From positions 5,577 through 69,576 of the forward strand of contig CAWJEP010000005.1 in the NCBI GenBank assembly GCA_963841935.1: a stretch of DNA of 64,000 nt. The letters are read 5' to 3'. This stretch comes from an uncultured bacterium (lineage in GTDB: Bacteria > Patescibacteriota > Minisyncoccia > Phycocordibacterales > UBA6065). Position 1 is the stretch's first letter, and every line of letters begins with the position of its first letter. The notes beneath the pieces were generated by a model. It was not told the origin of the DNA. It did no database searches and worked only from the letters and a program-made list of their open reading frames with translations. This document shows positions 1 through 10,046 of this stretch, in pieces. The translations under genes were made by a program, and so were the position numbers.

Positions 1-13
1 GTGCAGAAAATAG

Positions 14-688
14 ATGAAATTTTTGAGTAAAGCGTTGCGCTTCATAAAAGCAAGGTATGCTCCGCGGGGAGCGCGGCAATCTTTTTCCCAGGCGGGAGAA
101 GATATCGTTATGAGCGATATTTTGAAAAAACTAGGCGTAGGGAAGGACATTTCGTATGTCGACATCGGCGCTCACCATCCTGTCTTTGGAAACAACACAT
201 ATTTATTTTACAAAAGAGGCGGACGAGGAGTTCTCGTAGAGCCAAATACGGCTTTGTGCGATTTAATAGAAAAAAAGCGTCCGAAAGACACTTGCCTCAA
301 TGCTGGGGCTGGAGGAAAAGACGGCGAAGCGGATTTTTTCGTTTTCCCGCAAAGCACGCGGAGCACTTTTTCAAAAGGGCAAGCGCAGGAATGGGAAAAA
401 ACGTCCGGCCAGAAATTTAAAATAGAGAAACATAAGATTTTTTCTCTGGATACCATCATAGATAAATATTGCGTCGGCAAAATTCCCGATATTGTCTCGA
501 TAGATGCCGAAGGTTTGGACGCGGAGATCATTTCCGGTTTTAGTTTCGCAAAAAGACCGAAAGTTTTCTGCGTTGAAAACCAAGACAAAAATATTCTCGC
601 TATTATGGAAAGGAATGGCTATGAACTTAAAGCCCAAATATTCCAAAATGCCATTTTCGTCGACAAATCCGCTCGGAAAAATTCATAA
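14..688 (+). CDS. FkbM-family SAM-dependent methyltransferase
   Basis: Intact 224-aa ORF. N-terminal SQAGEDIV...YVDIGAHHP motif is typical of FkbM (Methyltransf_21). An in-frame stop lies immediately upstream of the ATG. Confidence 0.65.
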   Translation: MKFLSKALRFIKARYAPRGARQSFSQAGEDIVMSDILKKLGVGKDISYVDIGAHHPVFGNNTYLFYKRGGRGVLVEPNTALCDLIEKKRPKDTCLNAGAGGKDGEADFFVFPQSTRSTFSKGQAQEWEKTSGQKFKIEKHKIFSLDTIIDKYCVGKIPDIVSIDAEGLDAEIISGFSFAKRPKVFCVENQDKNILAIMERNGYELKAQIFQNAIFVDKSARKNS

Positions 689-692
689 AAAT

Positions 693-1469
693 ATGAAATT
701 AACGGCGATTCTACGCATAAAGGACCAGATGCTCACAATAGACGACTGTATGTCGAAGCTTTCGGCTATTGCAGACGAGATAATCATAGTCGACAACGGT
801 TCGACCGACGGCACGCTTGAAGCTTACAAAAAATATCCGAAAATCACGAAAGTTTTCAAGACTATCGGATTTGACGAGGGCAGGGACAAAATAATGGTTC
901 TTGATGCCGCGAAGAAGTCCGGCGCGGATTGGATTGTCTGGATAACGCCGACGAAATTTTCGAAAATCATTTCACGCGCGAAATCGCGGAGAAATATATG
1001 AGGTCGAAAATACAATCGCGTGGTTTTCAGAATGTGCAATTTCTGGTTGAGCAAAAAATATTGCAGATACGACGGGGAATATTATCTTTACACTCTCCAT
1101 CCGCAGAGAAGTATGTGGCGAAACTCGGAGAGCGCCTATTTTAAAAATCAGAAGATACACAATGGAGATATTATGGGTCTTACCGGCAAAACATATCTTT
1201 CTCCGTATCGTCTAAAACACTATGGATATGCCGACAAGAAAAAAATCGAGGAGAAAATCCAGACATATATGGCGGCCGACCCGAATAGTCCGAGAGATTA
1301 CCTGAAAAGCATAGACCCGAACATTCCGCGCAAGAAATATCCTTTCTTGGAATTCAAAAATCGCTCCGTTAATACCATATATATTATTTTCTACAAATAT
1401 TTTTGTAATTTGCTTTGGATTATCGAGCGCGCAAGATTGAAAGCGTTAAAATTGCTGAAAACAAAATGA
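693..1469 (+). CDS. Family-2 glycosyltransferase, interrupted by at least 2 apparent frameshifts
   Basis: MKLTAIL...IIIVDNGSTDGT (GT2 DxD region) reads in frame 0 to 1001, in frame 2 for 929-1144 (ADEIFENHF), then back in frame 0 for 1020-1469 (HYGYADKKKIEEK...). The three pieces are contiguous at the protein level. Confidence 0.55.
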
Positions 1470-2377
1470 ACGATACGCATCCTACCTGCCACATATGTAA
1501 AACTCCAAGCGATTTTCTCGTTAACAAAGACGGTTTTGACGAGTATATTTGTCCGTCGTGCAAATTGTCTTTCGTATATCCGGCGCCGAAAGCCGAGTGG
1601 CTGAAAGAAAAAGTTTATTCATACGAATCGGGATATCAGGGAAATAAGAAAAATAATCTATCGGAGATTCCGGAAGAGGCAAGAACGATAAAGATGATGG
1701 ATTTTCTTTCGAAGAAAAAGCCGAAAGGGAAACTTTTGGACGTCGGATGTTCGAGCGGGGGATTTATGTTCTCCGCTAGAAAGCGCGGCTTTTACTGCGA
1801 AGGCGTGGAGATAAACAAGCGCACCGCGGACATTGCCGTAGCGAATGGCTTTCGCGTCCACAACGGTTTCTTGGAGACAGCGCCTTTTGAAAAAGGAAGT
1901 TTCGACGTCGTCTATCTTGGCGATGTCATCGAGCATGTAAACGACCCGCGCTCTTTCGTCAAAACTTGCGCTAGTTTTTTGAAAAAAGACGGAATATTGG
2001 TCATCTCCACTCCAAACGTTGATTGCTGGTGGTCTTCAACAACTTTGGCGCTTTACAAGATGTTTAAAATTCCTTGGACGTCGCTCACTCCACCGCATCA
2101 TCTCTTTCAATTTAGTTTCGACAATCTAAACACTCTTCTTTCGGAACAGAATTTCCAAAATGTTTATTCCATATTCAATAGACCGCCGAGTCTCAAATAT
2201 GAACTCGGGTCGCTTCATCTTTTCAAAAGATTCAAAGAGAAAAAGACCGCCGGTAACCTTTTGTATATGTTATTCGCTTTTAGTATATACTCGTTAATAT
2301 ACGGCTTGAATGTCGTATTCGGGCCGTTTATGGGCAAAGATTTCAGAATGGCGGTGTTTTACGAAAGAAACAAATGA
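1466..2377 (+). CDS. Class I SAM-dependent methyltransferase with N-terminal Cys4 zinc-ribbon
   Basis: CHICK...CPSCK Cys4 zinc-ribbon, then LLDVGCSSGGF (motif I) and DVVYLGDVIEHV. ATG at 1466 inside the longer ORF 1415-2377. Confidence 0.6.
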   Translation: MNDTHPTCHICKTPSDFLVNKDGFDEYICPSCKLSFVYPAPKAEWLKEKVYSYESGYQGNKKNNLSEIPEEARTIKMMDFLSKKKPKGKLLDVGCSSGGFMFSARKRGFYCEGVEINKRTADIAVANGFRVHNGFLETAPFEKGSFDVVYLGDVIEHVNDPRSFVKTCASFLKKDGILVISTPNVDCWWSSTTLALYKMFKIPWTSLTPPHHLFQFSFDNLNTLLSEQNFQNVYSIFNRPPSLKYELGSLHLFKRFKEKKTAGNLLYMLFAFSIYSLIYGLNVVFGPFMGKDFRMAVFYERNK

Positions 2378-2982
2378 AACCATCATTTTTTTACATATTG
2401 AGGCAAAAACTGGCCGGGCGGAATTTTCTCTATGAATTTTATTTTAAAAATAAAAAGACGCTCGACGTCGGTTGCGGCGAAGGTAAATTTCTTTCTTACG
2501 ACAAGAATCTCATCGCTGGCATCGATACGAACAAATCCTGCGTCGAGCGTCTGAAAAATGAAGGATACCAAGCGACACTCGCGAGCGTCGAGAAAATTCC
2601 TTTCGCCGACAATTCTTTCGAAGCGGTACAGTCTCACAATGTAATAGAGCATTTGCCGGTGAACCTGGCTTACGCGATGATAAAGGAAGCCGCGCGCGTC
2701 CTTTCGCGCGGCGGAATCTTCGTTCTCTCGTCCGAAATGCCGACAAAAAATTTCTGGAATACGTTCGGCCACGTCAAGCCATATCCGCCATCAGCCATAA
2801 AAAAGCTTCTTCGCGTCGAAAGCAGGGAAGAGTTTCCACCGATTTCGGACATCGAAATAGAAAGCGTTTTTTATCTCGGGAATTACCATAAAAACAAGGT
2901 TCTTTACCTGCTTTCGGCGTTTTTCGGATATTACACGCCTTTCTGCCGCAGGGAATATTTTCTTGTGTTAAGGAAAAAATAA
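2374..2982 (+). CDS. Class I SAM-dependent methyltransferase (Methyltransf_11-like)
   Basis: LDVGCGEGKF motif I, FEAVQSHNVIEHL and RVLSRGGIFVLS. Start overlaps the stop of the previous methyltransferase gene. Confidence 0.6.
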   Translation: MKPSFFYILRQKLAGRNFLYEFYFKNKKTLDVGCGEGKFLSYDKNLIAGIDTNKSCVERLKNEGYQATLASVEKIPFADNSFEAVQSHNVIEHLPVNLAYAMIKEAARVLSRGGIFVLSSEMPTKNFWNTFGHVKPYPPSAIKKLLRVESREEFPPISDIEIESVFYLGNYHKNKVLYLLSAFFGYYTPFCRREYFLVLRKK

Positions 2983-3390
2983 TGAAAATCCGTTACGTCA
3001 CTTACGCTCGCATACCGACGAGAAAAGCCAACGGCCTTCAGATTTCAAAGACCTGCGAAGCTCTGGCGGCGCGTGGCGTAGGGGTCGAACTCGTCATACC
3101 GGGGAAAAACAGACATTCGAAAGACGCTCGAGGCGAAAATATTTTTGATTTTTATTCCCTAAAGAGAAATTTCCGAGTTACTCCCGTGTGGGTTCCGCCT
3201 TTTTTACCTCTGGGAAATTTCGGCATCTTTCTTCAAAATATTTATTTTTTCCTAGTCGCCGGGATCGGAAGCATTTTTGTTTCCAAAGACACGATAGTTT
3301 ATTCTCGCCAGCCATTGATGGTGATTCCGGCGCTTATTTTTGGTAGAAAAGCTGTTTTTGAATCGCACGAGGGCAGGTGGACGCCGGCAA
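2982..3390 (+). pseudogene. GT4-family glycosyltransferase, N-terminal domain fragment only
   Basis: YARIPTRKANGLQISKTCEAL...GRKAVFESHE matches the Glyco_trans_4 N-terminal domain. No GT1-type C-terminal domain follows. The rest of ORF 2982-3575 is antisense to the GT11 C-terminus. Confidence 0.4.
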
Positions 3391-3394
3391 TTCA

Positions 3395-4287
3395 TCAGAT
3401 TGCTTTCGTCGGTGCCGGAAGCGAACCATTTTTTGGTGCCATGATGATCTTTCCAGGATTCGGATCCAGCCATACTTGCCCACCATGCAAAGGTGCTGTT
3501 AGGAATTATGTAATGTCGGGAGAGGGACATGAGTTGAAGATAATTTCCGAGTTGTTTCCCCGCATGTTCATGTGAAATATAAAAAGTATGTTTGGTATGA
3601 AATCAGAGTCTTCTGCATTAGTCCATATCATCGGAAAATAAAAAGAACCTCGCATCAGCAAATAGATCTTTCTATAAACAGTAACACACTTTCATAACAT
3701 CTTTTTTACCTGATGAATACGAGTTTGGAGCTGATTTTAGGATCGGGTCAACATAGTCATAGTTTTTCTTACGTTTTATGCATACCGAATCACGCTCTCG
3801 TATCATTGTGGCAAATCGAGCAAAGTCGCCAGCTATTTTTTCTCAAAAAGTGAAATCGAGCTCGCAATCTCTTTTTCAACAGTTTTGATATTTTTCGCTT
3901 TGCCAAATGCCGGCGAAATAATGGTTGTCGCCGAGCGCCGCTATTTCTGGAACGAAAGAATATTCCGGTTCGATAATGTCTTTTCTTTTTTCGAGAGGGA
4001 AGAAAGATTCAGTACGTGCGTTGCACTTATCGTTTTGCTTTCGCGCGACAAACTCTGGTCCGCTCGGGTCGCCTATACCGAGATTTTTGAAATCTTTTTT
4101 CGTGGCGACTTTGTATTTTGTATTGAAAATATCGAGCGAGAAATATCTTTGCATTTCGTCCTTCTTTTGCCAGGAGACCCGAGAGGTCGAAAAGCAATTC
4201 AGTTTTGTTTTTGCTCGCGAGGGCGCGACCAAAAGCGTATTCAAACATCTGGTTTCCGAGACCGCCCGAGATGCGAACGATAATCAT
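3395..4287 (-). pseudogene. GT11 alpha-1,2-fucosyltransferase-like, multiply frameshifted
   Basis: Minus-strand pieces in order: RISGGLGNQMFEYA (4287-4027); YFAGIWQSEKY (3876-4244 frame); CIKRKK..YDYV and FFLFSDDMDW (3575-3876, by hand translation); IIPNSTFAWWAS (3252-3530). All four GT11 motifs are present but in different frames. Confidence 0.6.
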
Positions 4288-4710
4288 TTTATTTTAAATG
4301 TGTCGTCTACGAATAATGTGTTTATCGGCGTCATTGCCGGCGACGACGTATCCTTTGACGGTTGAAGGAAAGCGTCGATATGGCGAGACCCTTCATTTTA
4401 GTTTCTGATGTCCCGAAGCTCTGCGTTTCCACGCAGATTATTTTCGGTCGGCAGGACTTAGAAATCGACGCTCCTAAGTATTTCCAAATCGAGCCCCTCG
4501 ACGTCGAGCGAAAGCAAATCCACGTTTTTTATGTCGTTTTAAAGAAAAAATAATTAAAAACATTTCTATCGGCTATTTCTCTCCTTTCTTCCGATCATCT
4601 TATATCCTTTTTTCTCCGCGCCGAGATGCTTCTTTTTCCGAAAAAGTATTCAAGGCGAATCGCTTGTCGAACATAAAATAAGTAAGTATGCCTTTGTTTT
4701 GCGCCGACGC

Positions 4711-5066
4711 CTATTTCAAGCACGATATCTTTTGGTCTTTTGATTCTGATTTTTTCGCAAAAAGCGGGATTCGGTTCGACAAGATGCCTCTAGCGCCCGC
4801 TCTGTAAAAAAAATAGGTATCGCTGTAAATGACAGCATCGTTTGCGCCGATATCGATATAAAAGGTTTCGCTATGTCGAGTTTTTTCAAGAGGCGACGAA
4901 TAATAAGGTCTTCGCCGCATTGAGAATAACTTTTTTTGTATTTCGGTCCAATAATATATTTAACCGCATTGATTTTGTCCCTAAGTGTTTTCATTTGAAG
5001 AATTTCTTGTAGCATTTTTCTTTGTTGTCCAAGAGATATTGCGGCAGACCTTTCTCGTCTTTCCAT
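4711..5066 (-). pseudogene. FkbM-family methyltransferase fragment
   Basis: YSQCGEDLII (4716-5066) and YIDIGANDAV (4711-4920) are in two different frames. No C-terminal half is present. Confidence 0.45.
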
Positions 5067-5960
5067 AATTTTATGCCTTTTCCTCTGTAGTCTCGATTGT
5101 TTTCTATTTTTTTTTCAGATTTGGTAAGTTTCTTGTGGATTGTACCAAAAATGTGCGACTCGACGATTTTTCTCTTGGCCCCTTCAAAGCCGCCTTGAAG
5201 GCGAAGTGCCATCCGCCGTTTTTAAGAAACACGTATTTGAATTTCATTTTTCTATGATTGCGTACGTCGTTGAGTAAGGCGTCCTGAAGTTTTTGTATTT
5301 TGTCACGATTGTGCCGCCCCAGCCATACCAATCGATTTCGTTTGTGCGATTGTTGAGGTAATACATATAGCCCATTTGGCGCAGTTTAAAGACGCTGTCC
5401 TTTCTGTAGTCGATGACGAGATCCGGATTCCATATTTCGTCCAGGTCGAAAACATAGCATATGTCGTCATCAGAAGCCGACAAGAATTTTTTGATCGATT
5501 CTTTTATATAAAACTCTCTGACCGAATGGAAAATCTTTTCGAAGATGATCCCTTGTAAGTGCGCCGGTCACTCATTCTTTGTCGAGCACAGAAAAAGGCT
5601 CTTTTTCTCTCAAGTCTCTTTCATAATTCTCCTTCATTTTCCGACATGTCGCTCACGGCGTAACAATTATTTTATGCTGCCATTTTTTGAAGGTTCTTTA
5701 TTTTCTTTGTAATAAAGAAGGTCTGGGTTGTCCGGAAAAAGTCTTCTTCGCTTCGACAAGGACGAAAGAATCGACATATGGGTCTAAAATATTTAGACGC
5801 GTTCGAGAACGTCGAGTTCGTTGAAGAAAGGGAAGACATCATAAATCTTTATTGTCTTTCTATATTCGGCTTGATTCTCTCGGGGCGAAAGCCATGTTTT
5901 TTTCGCTTCTCGTTCGGTACTGATCGAAGAGTCTGCTGGGATCCTTTATTTTTTGCGGAA
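5060..5960 (-). pseudogene. GT17-like glycosyltransferase (bisecting-GlcNAc-transferase family), multiply frameshifted
   Basis: Hand translation of the minus strand gives KIYDVFPFFNELDVLE then RLNILDPYVDSFVLVEAKKTFSGQPRP in another frame. CYVFDLDE (5244-5483) and NGGWHFAFK (5104-5331) are in two more frames. Confidence 0.4.
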
Positions 5961-6038
5961 GAAAAAGCTATCCTCTTCTACGAATCTTTTGTGTCCTTTC
6001 CATTTTCCATATTTTATTTTTATTTCGAATCACTCATT

Positions 6039-6984
6039 TTAAAAGTCCTTGCATATATCATTCTCCTTGCCTATTCGATTCATCGAACATCTGAGTTGCG
6101 GACGATATTGAAGAACATTCCGGAATACATTTTTTATAGGTTTTTTTCCCATTATAGTCATTCAATTCTTTTAGACATTCGTCGTAGTTCTGGGGTTCCT
6201 TTCGGTCTTGATACGTGAGACCGGTCATAATATTGTAGCCGAGACTCCAGTAACCATCGGAAACGTTGTGTCGGGCCCAATATTTCGGCGCGATGGCGTA
6301 TATGAGCGTGTCGCTTGTCCACGCAGGAAACTGGGCAAAACTCGAATTCGAAATAATTAAATACCGGGCATTTTTGAGACGGAATAATCTTTGGCGATGC
6401 TAAAATGACGGACCTCGAAATCGGGGAAGAATTTCTTGGCGTTTTTTTCGTCTTCCGTAATGACTATGAATTTAAAATTGCGGATTTATTTTTCGCATAT
6501 TGTGCAATCGCGTCTCTCCAGTATTTCTATAGAGAAAGAAATCTTTTTCCTGCACATAGCCGCGTGCCGCGGAAATTGATAATGCATGTGTCGTCGTTTG
6601 AATAGTCGTAGCACTCATATTCCTTTTTGACCTCCAAGCCATTTTTTAATCTCGTCTTTGTCGACGGATTATGTATTTGCTCATCCTGCATAAGCCCACC
6701 GATTTTCCTATTGTCGGCGATATTCACCAGATCTTTATCGTATGTGCGGATATCCGCCCCGGTTCGTGGGTGGATGATTTTTCTTTTCTTCGTAGTGATT
6801 CTTAACCCCTTCTACTTTTTTTCCGAAATCGAGAGTCGAGGAAATCATCGACCTTTGGTATTTTTTCTGTATTGATAATGCCGAAATCTAAAGCCCTCGA
6901 TCGAGAGCGATGACAGCGCGTGGTGATATAGCACCAAAGCTGGTTGCCTAGTCCTTGACCGTCGTAGAATTCAGTTGTGATCAT
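6039..6984 (-). pseudogene. Second GT11-like glycosyltransferase, frameshifted
   Basis: The N-terminus MITTEFYDGQGLGNQLWCY starts at 6984. The hand-translated C-terminus IISNSSFAQFPAW...IAPKYWARHN lies near 6180-6330 and stops at 6039. Several frame changes and stops lie in between. Confidence 0.4.
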
Positions 6985-7778
6985 ACGGTTTTATCTTTAG
7001 GATCTTTTTAACTATTCGTTTCAAGAATCTCCAACACCTTCCTAATTTATAAATAGTCTTGAGCCGCCACCCGTTTTTCATTTGATATTTATCGACAATA
7101 TATCGCCACTCAATCTCCCTGCGATCTTCGGTTGCTGTGGTATTGGTTATTTGGTGTGGTCCAACCCTATTGACGACATTTATATCACCGAGGATTTTCG
7201 GCACGCCGAATTTTTCGAAACATCTTTTGTAGTAATCAGTACCCATCCACCAGATGAGCTTTTCATCAAAGAAAAGTGGGTTTTCGATTTTTTATTGTTA
7301 CGACCGAAGGAGAACTGATTGTGTTTTTAAGGAGGATTGTTTCATTGTTGTAAGATGGACGGACTGGACGATAAAAATCGGTCCCATTCTTTGTCGCTCA
7401 CACCCAGTCACAAGCCACATATCTTTCTTCAGATCGAAACTTTTGACGATCTCTTCCAGTGAAGTCTTTGCATACAAAAAATCATCCTGAAACAATATTT
7501 TAATAAGCGTGCCGGTCGGCTTTCGCCATCGCGTTGTTTATATTGGCCGCCGAATTACCGCGGTTTTCCGTGTTTTTGAAATAGGAAATATCAAGGACGT
7601 TCCTTGTACTCGTCGCATACGTTTTTGATCATGTCGTCGGTCTTTGAATGGTCGGAGACGACATGTCGAAATCTTTAAACGTCTGTATTTTAAGCATGTC
7701 GAAACTCTGTTTGAGAAATGCCGCGCCCATGCCGTGCATTTCGTAAGTAGGTATGCAAATGCTTATGAGTTTCTTCAT
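6971..7778 (-). pseudogene. Family-2 glycosyltransferase, frameshifted
   Basis: Hand translation from the ATG at 7778 gives MKKLISICIPTYEMHGMGAAFLKQSFDMLKIQTFKDFD..VVSDHSKTDD..NRGNSAANINNAMAKA. It continues into ORFs 7298-7495 and 6971-7246 in other frames. Confidence 0.5.
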
Positions 7779-7782
7779 TGCT

Positions 7783-8492
7783 TTATTTCTTTACGTAACA
7801 AATCATATCCTCTTCGGCGTCTTTGTGGAGTTTACAGACGTACTCGCCGCATATTTCTTTGAGCAATTTCGGGAGGTCGTATTTGTCGTCTTTATTGTGA
7901 TACGCGGACATCAAATTGTCGGTTTCCGATTTTTGAATCGTTTTTCGCGCGCCTTCGAGGATTTGCGCTTCGTATCCTTCGGTGTCTATTTTGATGAAAT
8001 CGACTCGAGATATTTTTTCTTTCTCGACGACGCGTCAATGGTCGTGACTTCCACTTGTTCCGTACCGTCGAAATATCTTTTATTTTTGAGCCGCAAGGGC
8101 GCTGTCCGTCATGGCATTCATTCCGGCGCGACCGGATACGGTGAGAATCTCTTGGTTTTTTCTTTTGCGCCGAGACCTTTGTTAAAAATTTTGATCTGGG
8201 GATAGTATTCGGAATTTTTTCGGAGAATTTCGTAAGTATTTTTTACCGGTTCGAAAGCGAATATTTTTCCTTGCGGAGAAAAGAGGGAAGCGAATATCGA
8301 AAAGATGCCGATGTTGGCTCCGGCGTCTATGGCAATTGAGTCTTTTGTAAGAAATCGTTTCGCTTTGTATTGGTCGGCAATCATTATTTCGTAAACCAAA
8401 GAAAAACGGTCGTCGCCGGAGATTTTTTCAAAAACGTCCGGATAATTTTTTTTCATAAACGAAGATATTTCTTTTTCCGATTCTTTTTTCAA
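7783..8492 (-). CDS. FkbM-family methyltransferase, interrupted by apparent frameshifts
   Basis: The N-terminus IDAGANIGIFSIFAS...FAFEP is in ORF 8118-8492. The C-terminus VDFIKIDTEGYEAQILEGARKT...MICYVKK* was translated by hand from the minus strand at 7783-8060, in another frame. Confidence 0.5.
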
Positions 8493-8664
8493 AAAATCCT
8501 CATAACGCGGTACGAGACCGACCGAGAAGGCGATATTTTTGCAGGAAGAACAAGTGAAACCGTTTCCCCAAAGGAAAACGCGCCCATTGAAAACGCCCTA
8601 AGCATCGCTTTTCGGTGTTGCATGAAATTTTTACTATTAACTGTTTTCGTGAACAACATATATG

Positions 8665-10046
8665 TCAGATATTTGTTTGAACTTTTTTATTTCCATCGAG
8701 AAAACTCAACTGAAGGGGAATGGCGATGAAATTGGTGATAATTTGCGCCCAGAGTATGCCCCAAACGGAAAAATAATACATAAGCACAATGAGAAGCGAT
8801 GCCTTGATCGCGGGAATGATGAAGCTTCCCATATAGAGCTGTTTCGTTTTTCTCTGCGACGTGAGACCTGCTTGGATAAGGCCCGGGACGATGGAGAAAA
8901 AAGAAAGGGAATAAACCTGAGTAAAAGATATTGATGCTCCGTATGCCGGGAAAAAAATATGAAAGATCCAAGGTGCAATCAAAGCATATAAGGCTGAACA
9001 GCAACCGAGAAACAAAAGCAGGAGAGGCATTCTCTTTACGATGAAGTTTTTTACCGATGCTTCAGATTTTTCCGAAAATTTTGGTAAAGCGATGTTTGAA
9101 ATGAAATTGAATACCACCCTGAAAATTTTCCGGTAAAAGAGTGGCGAAAGTATACACGGCAAGCGCCGCCGGACCGACGAAATGATAGACGAGCAAAGCG
9201 TCCAATTGTGAAGATATGGTTCCCGGAATAGACATCGCGGTCAGATGATTGCCGTAAGCAACCGTACCGGGTTCGAGTTTGTCGTTCGGCGGGATTTTTT
9301 TGACGATGATGTGATAAATGATGAGGTTGCCGAGAAATCCGAAGAAAAAATTGCCGAAGGCCACCCAGATGACATTGTGTGTGAAGTATAAAAACGCCAG
9401 AGGGCCGGCGTACGAAATAAAGCGTGTTGCAAAGACCAAAGTAGGTGCCGATGCGGAAAAATTTCTTGCCACCGATATACGCTGCCCACGTGTTGAGAGC
9501 ATTCGCAGTCGGCAAGAAAAGTGCGACCCAAATAAACGGAACGGAAATTGTCACGTTGCCGTGCAGGAAATACCAAATAGCGACGCAGAGAGCTATGGTC
9601 GTTGGAATGATGCCAAGGATGATTTGATATTTTGTCGTTCGGCGAAGTTCACCTTCGAAACCTCGCGAGACGGCGCGGTTGACGGCGGCATTCATTCCAG
9701 TCAGTGTCGTCGAGGTGATAAGACCTGTGATGGAAAGAATGTATTGATAGGTACCGAAAGCTTCTTTGGTAAAGAGTCGAGCAAAGAGAATCGACGTAAC
9801 GAAACCGAAAAGCGACACGAAAAAATAGTTGGTATTGCCCCAAAAAGCGCCACTGACGATGTACGCCATGTCTATTTTGAAAAAATGACCGAGTTTGGCG
9901 ATGACCGCCCGAACTCGGCTTACGAACCTGTTTTTGATTTCCCGCATGAAGGTATATTGTATATAAGCTTTGATTTTCGGCAAAGGTGGCGGCCTTTTTT
10001 GCAAAATAAATAGCTGTGCTATAGTGTCACTCATGACATCCGCCAC
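8665..10046 (-). CDS. Wzx-like polysaccharide flippase (MOP superfamily), interrupted by apparent frameshifts
   Basis: Three overlapping minus-strand ORFs (9051-10046, 9062-9502, 8665-9162) encode consecutive hydrophobic segments of a multi-TM protein typical of the oligosaccharide flippase family. Confidence 0.5.

Noticed and set aside
8687-9004. Overlapping minus-strand ORFs of 105 and 90 aa
   Set aside because: Alternate frames of the Wzx-like flippase region. They are absorbed into the frameshifted flippase call.
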